Part shown: in pieces, positions 1 to 10,803 of the stretch
Layout: every line of letters starts with the position of its first letter
How positions within the stretch are numbered: position 1 is the first letter of the stretch
Source of the DNA: Nitrospirota bacterium
GTDB taxonomy: Bacteria > Nitrospirota > Nitrospiria > Nitrospirales > Nitrospiraceae
DNA: 64,000 nucleotides
NCBI GenBank assembly: GCA_963703955.1
Contig: CAVPGK010000018.1
Coordinates: 1 to 64,000 of the forward strand
Direction: 5' to 3'
Translations under genes and position numbers: made by a program
Notes under the pieces: model-generated
Seen by the model: the letters and a program-made list of their open reading frames with translations, nothing else
What the model was told of the DNA's origin: nothing
The model's database searches: none

Positions 1-467
1 ACAAGGCGTATACCTCGGTGCTGCAGCGCGCCACCGAGACGCTCGACATCATCCTGCGCGATCATCGGCCAGACGGATCTTCCCATCGAACGCGACGCGG
101 CTCTCAACGAGCGCCACTACGGCGACCTGCAGGGGCTCAACAAAGCCGAGACCGCGGAGAAGTACGGCGCCGAGCAGGTGCACATCTGGCGGCGCAGCTA
201 CGACGTCGCGCCGCCCGGCGGCGAGAGCCTGAAGGATACCGCGGCGCGCACCTTGCCGTACTTCGAGCGGACGTCATCCCCGCCTGCAGGCCGGCGAGAA
301 CGTGCTCGTCGCGGCGCACGGCAACTCGCTGCGCTCGATCGTCATGCACCTCGACCAGCTGCGACCGGAGCAGGTGCTCGAGCTCAACATCGCGACCGGC
401 GTGCCGATCGTCTACGACGATCGGCCCGGACCTGCAGGTCCGATCGAAGCGCATTCTCGACGACTAG
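1..467 (+). CDS. gpmA: 2,3-bisphosphoglycerate-dependent phosphoglycerate mutase (5'-partial, several indels)
   Basis: Pieces across frames: [79 protein letters not shown]. Confidence 0.9.
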   Translation, partial: KAYTSVLQRATETLDIILRDHRPDGSSHRTRRGSQRAPLRRPAGAQQSRDRGEVRRRAGAHLAAQLRRRAARRREPEGYRGAHLAVLRADVIPACRPARTCSSRRTATRCARSSCTSTSCDRSRCSSSTSRPACRSSTTIGPDLQVRSKRILDD

Positions 468-653
468 GCGCTGGCTTGGAAGGAGCCCCGGGCTCGTGCC
501 ATAAAGGGCCAAGTTGTCGCCCGGATATTTTCGTTGCGTCAGCGCTGGCGTGCGTGATAAACGACTGTGTGCTCAGCGGGGGGAGAGACCGCGTCCGAGC
601 ACAATCGAGTCACCGACAGTCCGCGAGGTGCAGGGAGAGGGAGACGGCAACCC

Positions 654-944
654 ATGAAGTACCTGACGCAGGATCCGGTTGAAGGGCACTTTCGCCCGGT
701 CCTCAAGCCCGAGGAACGGCTGCTGCTGGCGGTGGTGGAGTCCGCCTATTGGGATTTGCAAAGCCCGGACGCCGCCCGGCGCCGGACGGCGCGTGTCTAC
801 TTCCTCGATGAGCAAGACGATCACACCTTCAGCTTCGTCTCGATCTGCCAGCATTTCCGGTGGTCGCCGGCGTCGATTCGCCTGCAGTTACGCACGCTGC
901 TGATGGCTGCGCCGCCGATGGCGGAATCGATCCACGCTTGCTGA
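654..944 (+). CDS. Small conserved hypothetical protein ([10 protein letters not shown]...FSFVSIC type)
   Basis: Intact ORF with purine-rich RBS (GAGAGGGAG) before ATG 654; protein-like composition. Confidence 0.65.
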   Translation: MKYLTQDPVEGHFRPVLKPEERLLLAVVESAYWDLQSPDAARRRTARVYFLDEQDDHTFSFVSICQHFRWSPASIRLQLRTLLMAAPPMAESIHAC

Positions 945-1102
945 GCCCGGTGCGCACCGTAGCGCCGCTGCGCGGCAACCTTCTTCCCTTTTCGGAGTCG
1001 GCCCCGTAAGGACGCTACGGCTTTCGGGAGCACTGCATGCCTCCAGACATGGACTGGGAGCAATCCCTGTACGGTGATCGCACGCAACAAAGGAGTGAGC
1101 CG

Positions 1103-2792
1103 ATGGCTGTGATCGACGGCGGCGCATTGGTGGGCCGCATCCTGAAGGAGCAACGGGTAAAGTACATGTTCGCCGTCAACGGCGGACACACGTTCCCCAT
1201 CCTCGCCAATCTGCGCGACAACGGCGTGAAGCTTATCCACATGCGGCACGAACAAGCCACGGCCTACGCCGCGGATGCGCTATGCGCGTACCACCGGCAC
1301 CCCGGGCGTTTGCTGCGTGACCGCGGGTTGCGGCTTACCAACGCGGTGACCGGCCTGTGCGTGGCAGGGCTCACCAATAGTGCGGTGGTGTGCTCGCCGG
1401 GCAGCATCCGACGACCGAAGACTACCTCGGCTCTTTCCAAGAAGCGTACGGCGTCGGAGGTGTGTCGCACGTTCTCCAAGTTCGTGAAACGCGTACTCGA
1501 TTGGTCGACGATCGAGGTTGACCTGCGCCAGGCGTTTCGCGAAGCCATGTCCACCCCAAGGCCGTGCTTTGGTGGAGATCCCGCCAGAACATTCTTTACC
1601 ACCTGGACGATGACAAGCCGCCAGCGCAAAGGCGCCAAGGTGTACGGACCGCGACGACCATCCGCTCCCAGGGCGACCCGCGCCAGATCGAACGGGCCGT
1701 CGACTACTCTCAAGGCCAGACGACCGCTGATCGTCGCCGGCGACGGCATCTTCTGGTCGGTGCCGCAGCCGAGCTGCGCGACTTCGCCGAATTGACCAAC
1801 ACCCCGGCGTATGCTCGTCGCTGCCGGACAGGGCGCGGTCGCCGAAGACCATCCGCTGGCGGTTCGCGGCGCGTGGAAGAAGCCGTTCACCGGCGGCGCG
1901 CCGATGTCGTGCTGGCGGTCGGATTCAAGTTCTGGAGCGGCGAGACATTTCGGCGAGCCGCCCACCTGGAATGATAAGGCGATCGTATATCCAGGTGGAT
2001 CCGGTGCCCCAGCCGCATCGGGTGGCACGTGCCGGCGGAAGTCGGCCATCGTCGGCGATCCGCAGCTGGTACTGCGCCAGATGATCGATAGGCGCGCAAG
2101 CGGATGAGCTCGACTTCGCGCAAGGAGCAATCGCCCTGGCTAGGAGGTGGCGGAAGTGCGCGCGAACTACGAGCGCATCATCGACGACCGCGGCGCGGCA
2201 CACGCGACAGCCTCCCGTCCATCCGGATCGCCTGGCGCGTACGCTCTGCGGTGATCGACCGAGACGCCACGGTCGTGATCGATCGTTCACGTTGAGCGGG
2301 TGGATGACTCAGTGGTTCACTGCCACGCTTCCCCGGTCAGGTCGTCGATGCCGGACCGCTGGCCCCGGTGGGTCACGGCGTCGGCATGGCCATCGGGGCG
2401 CAGCTCGGCGCGGCCCGGGAAGCAGGTCGTGCTGGTGATCGGTGACGGCGGCCTGGGCATCGGCGGTTGGGACATCGAGACCGCCCGGCGCTACGACCTG
2501 CCGATCGTGACCGTGCTGTGGAACAATAGTTCCTGGGGGCCGAGCTTTGAGCAGATGCCGTTGCTGAAGGGGCGCACTGACCCGTTCAACATGCATGGAG
2601 AACGTGCGCTACGACAAGATCTTCGCCTTGATGGGTTGCCACGCCGAACACGTCGACGAACCCGGCCAGCTGGCGGCGGCGCTGGAACGCGCGCTGAAAT
2701 CGGGCAAGGCATCGTTTGTCAACGTCGTCGGCGACAAGCGCATCGGCCATCCACGCCTGGGCGGTAACCTCCTGGGCTCGACGCAAGTGTAG
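1103..2792 (+). CDS. Thiamine pyrophosphate-binding protein (acetolactate synthase-like family), heavily frameshifted
   Basis: AGGAG RBS; N-terminal HMRHEQATAYAADA (catalytic Glu), central RPLIVAGDG, C-terminal TPP motif GDGGLG...VLWNN. Confidence 0.88.
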
Positions 2793-2836
2793 GACAGGGA
2801 CCACTCGGGCTCAGGCCCGCGCAGCACGCCCGCGTC

Positions 2837-3121
2837 CTATTGCACGGTCCCTTTCGGCGGGTCGCCGGCCACCTCGAAGGTGTGTTGCACGACGACCTCG
2901 ATTTCTTCCAACGGCGAGACCCCACGGTTGCGCACATGCGCTTCCAGTTGGGAAAGGACCGGAGATGCGAGAACACACGCGCGAATCAAGCCCGGCTTGA
3001 TCGCGACCTCCCACTCGTTGAGCCATTGATCTTCGTCGAAATCGTCATCCTCCGATAGCGCCTCCGGGATCTCGGCGGTCAGCGAAAAGCGCAGGGTGAA
3101 GGTCGTTTCCTTGGTCTCCAT
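2837..3121 (-). CDS. Hypothetical acidic protein
   Basis: ORF METKETTFTLRFSLTAEIPEAL...HVRNRGVSPLEEIEVVV; plausible globular composition. Confidence 0.6.
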   Translation of the reverse strand: METKETTFTLRFSLTAEIPEALSEDDDFDEDQWLNEWEVAIKPGLIRACVLASPVLSQLEAHVRNRGVSPLEEIEVVVQHTFEVAGDPPKGTVQ

Positions 3122-3166
3122 ACAATGCCCTCTCAACGTGGATGGCGTCCCCGGTGCGGTTCGGGG

Positions 3167-3748
3167 CTACAAGGCAAACGGCCGCGCCAGCAGAATGTCG
3201 CCCTTGGGACTGACGACGTACACCATGACTGTCTCGAACGGTGGTCGTCCGGGGGGATGATCGATGGTGGCGGCGATGCGCGTCCAACTGGATGTGAGGC
3301 TGACCGCGGCCCCGGACTCCGGATTGATCGGGCCGAAGTGCCCGCCCGCGGTGACTGCACCGCTGGGCCCCTGCGTCGGCCACACGCCCCACAGCTTGGG
3401 GGAGACGCGGTCGTTGCGCGCTAGCACATAGACGAAGCAATCAACGGTGCCCGGTGCCGTCAGGCGTAGGCGCAGCGACACGCTCAAGCGCTCGACATCG
3501 GCGGAGCGCTCGCGGCGCGCCGAGAAGTTGGCGACATCCACCAGCGGGAGGGTGGCGGATTCCGTCATCGGCTCGGTGCCGTTGGTGCGGTGACGCCGTT
3601 CGTTGATCGCCTGGAGCGTTAAGTAGCCGAGCCCGGCGACCAACGTGACCAGCGCGCCGTACGCCAGCGAGTTGAGCAAGCGGCGCCAGCGCGGCGGCAG
3701 CGACCCGAGCATCGCCCGAAGACTAGGTGGAAGCCGCCGCGACTTCAA
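3167..3748 (-). CDS. Hypothetical single-pass membrane protein
   Basis: 193-aa ORF with one hydrophobic segment ([18 protein letters not shown]) and a beta-rich C-terminal part. Confidence 0.55.
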   Translation of the reverse strand: MKSRRLPPSLRAMLGSLPPRWRRLLNSLAYGALVTLVAGLGYLTLQAINERRHRTNGTEPMTESATLPLVDVANFSARRERSADVERLSVSLRLRLTAPGTVDCFVYVLARNDRVSPKLWGVWPTQGPSGAVTAGGHFGPINPESGAAVSLTSSWTRIAATIDHPPGRPPFETVMVYVVSPKGDILLARPFAL

Positions 3749-3787
3749 ACGTTCCGTCTGTGCACCACTTGTGGTAGGCTCGCGCGC

Positions 3788-4235
3788 ATGTTCATCGGGC
3801 CCGCGACCACCGTCCTGCTTGTGGCGATCGTCCTGCTCGTCAGTGGTGTCAAGATTCTCAGAGAGTACGAGCGTGGGGTTGTGTTCCGGGTTGGAGCCAG
3901 CCTGACTGCATCGCGCGGCCCGGGCATCATCTACGTCATCCCGTTGATCGAGCAGATGTACCGTCTCGATCTCCGCACCGTCACCCTCGATGTCCCGTCA
4001 CAGGACGTCATCACCCGCGACAACGTGTCGATCAAGGTGAACGCGGTGCTGTACTTTCGCGTCGTCGATCCGAATCGGGCGACGGTCGAGGTTGCAGAAC
4101 TTTCTCTATGCGACCTCGCAGATCGCGCAGACGACACTGCGCAGCGTCTGCGGACAGGCGCACCTCGACGAGCTGCTGGCGGAGCGCGACAAGTTCAATG
4201 CGCGGCTGCAGGAGATCATCGATACGCACACCGAT
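3788..4235 (+). CDS. SPFH/stomatin (slipin) family protein, 3'-truncated at the junction
   Basis: N-terminal [62 protein letters not shown]; similarity stops after IIDTHTD. Confidence 0.9.
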
Positions 4236-4240
4236 ATCGG
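4231..4240. other. Probable chimeric junction between two genomes
   Basis: SPFH gene ends and an S16 domain begins mid-domain at the palindrome CCGATATCGG; GC content and indel density drop to the right. Confidence 0.7.
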
Positions 4241-4635
4241 CTATCCTTCGGACGGCCAGAGCCGTCAGTCTGAATACGGACTCGTGGAGCGTCTACCTCA
4301 CCGTCCCCAACCCTAGTACCACGGTCTATGGGGAGAGCCTTTCCGCGATGGTTGGATTGACTGTGGTCGCCTTGGCCCGAGGTGATTTCGTTCCGCAGGA
4401 TCGGGTGATCACCGGCACCGTGACACTTGATGGTCAAATCGGTGCGGTGGGCGGAGTGCACCTGAAGCTTCAGGCAGCCTATGAGGAACGCCTGGATCGT
4501 GTCCTGGTTCCTGAAGTGTATGACATCGCCGATGGTGATTGGCAAACCCCTTTCCTGCTCCAGGTGTCTCCAGTTGGGACAGTCGCCAAGGCGTATCACG
4601 CTCTCGTAGGTCGGCCCTTGGGTGAGGGCGGCTAG
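4236..4635 (+). CDS. Lon-like S16 protease C-terminal domain protein (5'-truncated)
   Basis: [11 protein letters not shown] (catalytic Ser region), [21 protein letters not shown] (catalytic Lys), VLVPE. Confidence 0.8.
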
Positions 4636-4829
4636 ACAAGACCCACTTTACGTTTCGGACAAAGGTACTCGACATAGGCTCGTACCGAGTATCGATCGAG
4701 CCTGTTCTACCATCTAATTGCCCCTCAACAGTGCGTAAGCATCTTGCCGATACCACGACACGGAGGCGCATCTTACTCTAAGTTGAGTTCGGGACAAGCG
4801 ACCAATCGTGTACGACGAAAGGAGCCTAT

Positions 4830-5208
4830 ATGCATCAGGACAAAGGATCTCTCACGCAGCAAACAAAAGATTGTATTGCCGCATGCTTTGCATGTTCGCA
4901 GATTTGTAACACCTGCAGTGACGATATGATCGGAATGCAACATGAAGGGAATACCCAGTTAATGGAACGGTGCATCCGCTTATGCCGAGAGGGTGCCGAT
5001 CTCTGCGCTTTGGCGGCCCAATGGATGAGCCGCGTATCGCCCTTATCCGGTCGACTGTGCCGCCTTTGCGCGGAAGTGTGCGAAATGTGTGCGGAGAGCT
5101 GCGAGCACCACGCGCCCCATCATGCCCTGTGCGGGCCGTGCGCGCGAGAATGTCGCCGCTGCGCGGAACTTCTGCAGAAAAATGGTTGCAGAAGCAAAGG
5201 CAGCGTAG
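4830..5208 (+). CDS. Four-helix-bundle copper storage protein (Csp3/DUF326-like)
   Basis: 17 Cys in CxxxC/CxxC spacing, plus an 18th if one extra T near 5171 is removed (then ends ...CRKMVAEAKAA*); no signal peptide. Confidence 0.85.
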
Positions 5209-5233
5209 TCAGGCCATGATCTGAGAGGGACCC

Positions 5234-5419
5234 ATGAGCAAAGGCCTAACCATGATTGGTGGTGCTGTGCTGAATTCTAACAAACAGCTCGTGGGGATCG
5301 TGTCCCTTGGGGATCTTGCCGTTCATACGCCGGACACCCGATTGACCGGCGTGGTCCTGGAGTATGTGTCCGAGCCGGCGGAACCCAGCCGGAAGGCATC
5401 AGTGAGGGCTTTCAGGTGA
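5234..5419 (+). pseudogene. CBS-domain fragment
   Basis: Only the end of a CBS pair is present: VLNSNKQLVGIVSLGDLA...VLEYVSEPAEP. Confidence 0.6.
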
Positions 5420-5568
5420 GGATGGCAACAAGGACCGGTCGTCAGTAGAATCCCCGTCATCAAAGATTGATGGCGAAAAGAGACATTCACTGATACCGGA
5501 TCTCTTCCGATAGCCCCATAGTTAAATACAGGTTTCGTTCTGAGAAATTTTGGTGCAGGAGGTCCGAC

Positions 5569-5775
5569 ATGGGTAGGGTAGTTGTGTGGGCCCTGCTTGT
5601 CATAGCACTCCATGGATGGGGGCTTCCAGAGCTTAAAGCTGCCGAACCGGTTCCTGGGCCTACCAATCCTCTTCCTCCACCGACCGATCCCGTACCAAAG
5701 CCACCGACTCCCTCTCCTGGCCCAACCGATCCAACGAGCCCTCCCCCGCCGCTTCCCCCGCAACCTACACCGTAG
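5569..5775 (+). CDS. Small secreted Pro/Thr-rich protein
   Basis: GGAGG RBS; signal peptide (VVVWALLVIALHGWG..LKA) then PTNP/PTDP repeats. Confidence 0.55.
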   Translation: MGRVVVWALLVIALHGWGLPELKAAEPVPGPTNPLPPPTDPVPKPPTPSPGPTDPTSPPPPLPPQPTP

Positions 5776-5894
5776 CGGCGGGAGATCATAGTCGGTCCGA
5801 TGAAGCATGCGGCACCAAGACAATCCGGGAAGGATGCGAACAAGCAGACAACAAGCGCGCCACCAAAGCAATCGGCGCAGAAAGGAGATTGACC

Positions 5895-6533
5895 ATGAAG
5901 GGTCCCGGAGCCTATCAAGCCAAATCATTCAACCTGCACGGATTGAACGGTATTTCCGATCAGACAATAGACATGCATCTCAAGCTATACGAGGGTTATG
6001 TGAAGGAGAGCAATAAGCTGACGGGGGAGATTCGCGAATTCCTGAGAGATGGGAGGGTGGATCAGGAAGAGATGCCTGCCTATTCCGAGCTGACGCGGCG
6101 GCTTGGTTTCGAATACAACGGGATGGTCCTGCACGAGTACTACTTCGGAAACCTGAAGAAGGGCGGCTCGGCCGAGCCGGGACAGCACTCGGCGTTTGTG
6201 CGAGCGGCTGAAGAGAGCTTCGGCAGGTATGACGTTTGGAAGGCGGATTTTTTGGGGGTAGGCAAGATGCGCGGCGTCGGTTGGGCGATTTGCTATCAAA
6301 ACCCGGTGAACGGCCACTTGTCGAATCATTGGGTATCGCTGCATGAGATAGGAAACGTTGCCGGGTTTCGACCCATGCTGGTGATGGATGTGTGGGAACA
6401 TGCCTTCCTATTCGACTATCAACCCTCGGAGCGGGCTGCCTACATTGAGGCTTTCTTTTCCAACCTCGATTGGAAGACGATTGACGAGCGCCTTCGGGTA
6501 GGAGCGGACGCATATGCGGGGGCGGGGCGGTAA
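5895..6533 (+). CDS. Fe/Mn superoxide dismutase
   Basis: Metal-ligand motifs HLKLYEGYV, NGMVLHEYYF, DVWEHAF; AGGAG RBS. Confidence 0.92.
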   Translation: MKGPGAYQAKSFNLHGLNGISDQTIDMHLKLYEGYVKESNKLTGEIREFLRDGRVDQEEMPAYSELTRRLGFEYNGMVLHEYYFGNLKKGGSAEPGQHSAFVRAAEESFGRYDVWKADFLGVGKMRGVGWAICYQNPVNGHLSNHWVSLHEIGNVAGFRPMLVMDVWEHAFLFDYQPSERAAYIEAFFSNLDWKTIDERLRVGADAYAGAGR

Positions 6534-6625
6534 TGAGTCGCTGCACCCCTGTACACATTATTCCTGAATCGTTTCGGCTTTTCAGTCCATATTGACCTTT
6601 CATCATAACGCCTCGAGAAACTGCT

Positions 6626-8364
6626 ATGAGATATCTCGCTCTCGCAGCGGATTACGACGGAACGCTGGCTGCCGACGGCGCAGTGGACAGCGCCACTATA
6701 GCGGGTCTGGAGCGATTCATCGCATCGGGCCGGAAGCTCATTCTGGTCACCGGTCGGGAACTGGATGAGCTTCTGGCTATTTTCCCTCAGATCACCCTGT
6801 TTGATCGGGTGGTCGCCGAGAACGGCGCGCTTCTGTATCGACCTTCAACGAAAGAAGAGAAACTATTGGGCACGCCGCCGCCCGAGGAATTTGTCAAGGA
6901 ATTATTGGCGCGCGGAGTTCGCCCGGTGTCGGTGGGCCGAAGTATCGTCGCCACATGGCAGCCTCACGAGACCGTGGTGTTGGACGTTATCCGTGATCTA
7001 GGACTCGAGCTACAGGTGATCTTCAACAAGGGCGCCGTCATGGTGTTGCCGGCCGGGGTAAACAAAGCCACCGGGTTGGTGGTGGCGTTGGATGAACTGA
7101 ACCTCTCGCCTCATAACGTGGCCGCGATCGGTGACGCTGAGAATGATCATGCTCTCTGCTCCAATTGTGCGAGTTTGCCGTGGCGGTCTCCAAATGCGGT
7201 CCCGACGCTGAAGGATCGCGCCGATCTTGTGGTTCAGAGAGATCACGGCGCCGGAGTCGTTGAGTTATTGGAAAGAATCCTGGCCGATGACCTGCGCAAG
7301 CTGGACCAGGAGGTCAAGCGGCATCATATCCTCATGGGGACACGTCAGGATGGAACAGACGTCAGTATCAGTCCGTATGGAGAAAATCTGATTGGTAGCC
7401 GGATCATCCGGAAGCGGAAAATCCACGTTGGCCACCGGTCTGCTGGAGCGGCTGTCGGAGCATGGCTATCGAATACTGCATCGTCGACCCGGAAGGAGAC
7501 TACGGAACGTTCGAGGGGGCGATCACCTTAGGCAACAATGAGGGAGCGCCCGGCATGGCCGAGATCCTTCAGGTCTTAGAAAATCCGCGGGCGAACGTTG
7601 TCGTCAATCTTGTGGGGTTGCCGCTGAAAGATCGACCGGAGTTCTTTGGCGGTCTTTTGCCGCGCCTTCAGGAGTTGCGAGCCCGAACCGGTCGTCCGCA
7701 TTGGCTCGTGGTGGACGAGGCCCATCACCTCTTGCCGTCTGAACGGGCCCCTGCCGCATTGACCCTGCCGCAGGACCTGACCGGATTGATTCTGATTACA
7801 GTCCATCCTGACCAGGTGGCTCGTTCGGTCCTTTCCACTGTGGACTCCGTGGTTGCGTTGGGAGCGACCCCGGATGCCACGCTGCGCATGTTCACCAAGG
7901 CCATTGGCACGACATCGCCCTCAACCGAGTTGACAGAACTGAAGAGTGGGGAGGCGCTCATGTGGTCTAAGTTCCAGTTGGCCGCCCCCTTTAGACTTTT
8001 GATCGCCCCCAGTCAGATGGAGAGGCGCCGCCATCGGCGCAAGTATGCGGAAGGGGAGTTGCCGCCGGACAGAAGTTTTTACTTCCGTGGCCCTGATGGA
8101 GCGCTGAACCTTCGCGCTCAGAATCTCGTCCTGTTCATGCAAATCGCCGACGGCGTGGATGATGCTACGTGGATGCATCATCTCAAGCAGGGGGATTATT
8201 CCCGCTGGTTTCGCGAAAAGATCAAAGACGACGGGCTCGCTGATGAAGCCAGACGCTTGGAACGGCAGGCGGATTTATCGCCGGTCGAAAGCCGCGCGCG
8301 GATCAGAGCGGCGATCGAACAGCACTACACACTACCGGCCGATGGGTCAGAGAGCGCGGGGTAG
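6626..8364 (+). CDS. Cof-type HAD hydrolase fused to a P-loop ATPase domain (indels near 7150-7470)
   Basis: HAD motifs DYDGTL, VTGR, NKATG, GDAEND; Walker A GSSGSGKST in a shifted frame near 7400; Walker B WLVVDEAHH. Confidence 0.85.
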
Positions 8365-8372
8365 GGGTGGTC

Positions 8373-10652
8373 TTATCGCGAGGCTCGCTTGAGGCCTTTG
8401 CTCTTCGGTTTCTCGAAGTGCCCGGTGAAAAACGCATTCGTCCGGGCCATGTGGCGCTGGATGTCGCCTTCCAGTTTCTTGGCGCCTTCCTCCCACGCTT
8501 CAGTCGTGTAGCCCACACGTCGCGCGAGGAAGACCCATGCCTCGGAGTCGCGCGATGGAAGAATCAAATCCTTCGCGTTTCCCCTCACGATCCGCAAGCC
8601 GTCGATCAGCATGCGGAAGAATAGGTAGCTGTGACGAAGGTCGGCCGCCTCTTTCGGCGGGAGCACGCCGGCCTTGCCTAATGCTGTCAAGCCTTCGAGC
8701 GTATTTGGCGTCCGGATTGCCGGATACCTGTGGCCATACATGATCTGGAGATACTGGACACCATACTCTATATCGATCAGGGCGCCCGGGCTGTGCTTAA
8801 TATTGATCGTTCCCGGTTCCACCAATTCCTTGACCTGTTGTCGGCGGAGAGCTAACGCCCCATCGAGGTCCCATGGCTGTCGGCTATACACATACGCATC
8901 CCGATGGGCCTCCAGCTGCCGCCCCAGGTCACTGTCGCCCGCGATATGCCGCAACTTAATCAACGCCTGGCGTTCAAAGGGCGCGGCGAGCCCGCGCGGG
9001 CTATAGTAGGCGCGCATTTCATCTAGTCGGTTGGCGAGCAGTCCTTTGCCTCCATGCGGCCGTAAGCGGACGTCCAGGTGGAAAATCCCCTCCCGCTTCG
9101 CTTCGATCCATTGCAAGATTTCTTGGGCCAGGCGTTGGAAATACTCGCTGTTGTCCAACGGATTCCGACCGCTGGTCTTTCCGGCGCCGCCGTACACGAA
9201 GAGGACTTCGATGTCCGAGGCATACCCCAGTTCCCGGCCTCCGAATTTGCCCATGCCGAAAACCGCGAACGGACAGGGTGCGCCACCAGGCAAACGCGGC
9301 ATCCCGTGCATATGGGAGAGCTTGTTTTGGCAGTCTCGAACGGACTGGTCGAGGACCAAATCGGCCAAATTGGTCAGAGCCAGCGAGAAGTCCGTCAGCG
9401 TGGAGGAGGGTTCGAGGAGATGTTTCATGTCGATTCGAAACATCTCCTCGTCTTTGTATTGATTCAGGACTCGCCTGCGCTGCTCATCGCTCCGCGCGGA
9501 GGACACGCGCTTGCGCAGATCCCGTGTCATGTCCGCCTTTGGCCGAATGAGCGGTGTCCGCTGGTAAGATTCCAGCATGGGTAACAGATTCGTGTGCTGT
9601 CGGCGAAGAAAGTCTTCCCAGAGAAAGTCGCTCGTGCCCAGAAGACGCGCCAGCGTGGTGAGGGTTTTCTTTTCTTTCAAGAAATCCAGCGCGCGTCCAT
9701 CCCGACCGCCTTCCAATAGTTGATCGAGAAAACGATCGAAGTAATCGAGCGCTTTCGCCGGATCGGGTGCCCATGTCAGAAAATGAGTGAACTGTTTGAT
9801 GAGCGTGGCCGTCAGCTTGAGTTCCTGTTGCTCGTCCGGGTCTTCGATCTTGCGGCCGTTCCGCCCACGGACGAAAAATCGGTCATGGATCTCCGTGCCC
9901 ATCTGCCCGAACTTTGCCTGACGAATATAGACGCCACGCATGGTCAGCGCATTGGCGAACGCATAGAGAAAGGCCGGCGTATCGGCCGAGCGGATGTCCA
10001 TAACGGTGTCATCAGAGGATTGTCGGTTGTCGAAGTGAATCTGCACGGGATGGAGCAAGCCGGTGAAACGGACTCGCACGCGTCCGAGCGTTTCGACGAG
10101 CTGGCGGTTCACGCGATGGCGGGCATCTTGAAACCGGTGAGAATCGAGCAGGCGGATCATGCTCTCCAGTTCTTCGCTGAATCGTTGCTGTTGGGGCCGG
10201 GTAAACGGCATTTCCGGCATTGGCTTGACCCGGAAGAAATCGACGATCTTCTTGCGGCTGAGCCCCGGTCGGCGCCGGATCCGGCCTCGTACCGGAACAG
10301 GGCCTCGACGGGCAGGCGGGGGAGTGATGGCCTCCGCAAAGGTATGAATACGCCCTTCTCGAATATCCAGGCCGAACGCCGAGAGCAGCCCGCAGAGAAT
10401 GGCGAATTCCGAAAAGTAATCATAGGCCACCACGACGACGTCGATCAGACCGTTGGGTTGCTCATCAATGGACACCCGGCAAAGGTTGTCCGGATCGAGA
10501 CGGGCGACCATGTGGATGTGGCGAGAAATCTGGGCCGCATCGAACGCAGTGAAATAGTCCGTGTCCATCCGCAACAAAAAGTCTTGGATGACCTCCTCAT
10601 CCACGTCGGGACACAGAGCTGTGATGGTGGTCAGAATCTGGTCGGGGGGCAT
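8373..10652 (-). CDS. glnE: GlnE-like glutamine synthetase adenylyltransferase half with N-terminal ACT-like domains
   Basis: GMGKFGGRELGYASDIE, DVRLRPHG, FERQALIK, NIKHSPGALIDIEY; ACT-like segments VVVAYDYFSEF and MDIRSADTPAFL; AGAGGA RBS before ATG 10652. Confidence 0.85.
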   Translation of the reverse strand: MPPDQILTTITALCPDVDEEVIQDFLLRMDTDYFTAFDAAQISRHIHMVARLDPDNLCRVSIDEQPNGLIDVVVVAYDYFSEFAILCGLLSAFGLDIREGRIHTFAEAITPPPARRGPVPVRGRIRRRPGLSRKKIVDFFRVKPMPEMPFTRPQQQRFSEELESMIRLLDSHRFQDARHRVNRQLVETLGRVRVRFTGLLHPVQIHFDNRQSSDDTVMDIRSADTPAFLYAFANALTMRGVYIRQAKFGQMGTEIHDRFFVRGRNGRKIEDPDEQQELKLTATLIKQFTHFLTWAPDPAKALDYFDRFLDQLLEGGRDGRALDFLKEKKTLTTLARLLGTSDFLWEDFLRRQHTNLLPMLESYQRTPLIRPKADMTRDLRKRVSSARSDEQRRRVLNQYKDEEMFRIDMKHLLEPSSTLTDFSLALTNLADLVLDQSVRDCQNKLSHMHGMPRLPGGAPCPFAVFGMGKFGGRELGYASDIEVLFVYGGAGKTSGRNPLDNSEYFQRLAQEILQWIEAKREGIFHLDVRLRPHGGKGLLANRLDEMRAYYSPRGLAAPFERQALIKLRHIAGDSDLGRQLEAHRDAYVYSRQPWDLDGALALRRQQVKELVEPGTINIKHSPGALIDIEYGVQYLQIMYGHRYPAIRTPNTLEGLTALGKAGVLPPKEAADLRHSYLFFRMLIDGLRIVRGNAKDLILPSRDSEAWVFLARRVGYTTEAWEEGAKKLEGDIQRHMARTNAFFTGHFEKPKSKGLKRASR

Positions 10653-10803
10653 GGAACGTCCTCTCATAGGAGTATACATGACCGACCACGAAGCGGCCAG
10701 GCCGACCGCCTGCTCGCGCGATGCGCGAGCAGGCGGTCGGCTCGCCGCTTCGTCTTCGAGCTTCATTGTCCTTCGTACAACCCTCTCGCTATAATGCGTA
10801 TCG

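Noticed and set aside
945..1102. TPP riboswitch before the TPP-binding enzyme
   Set aside because: The conserved CTGAGA and ACCTGAT...AGGGA elements are absent.
3788..4635. Novel SPFH-Lon protease fusion
   Set aside because: Both halves are truncated, the frames do not join, and composition changes at the join; most likely a chimera.
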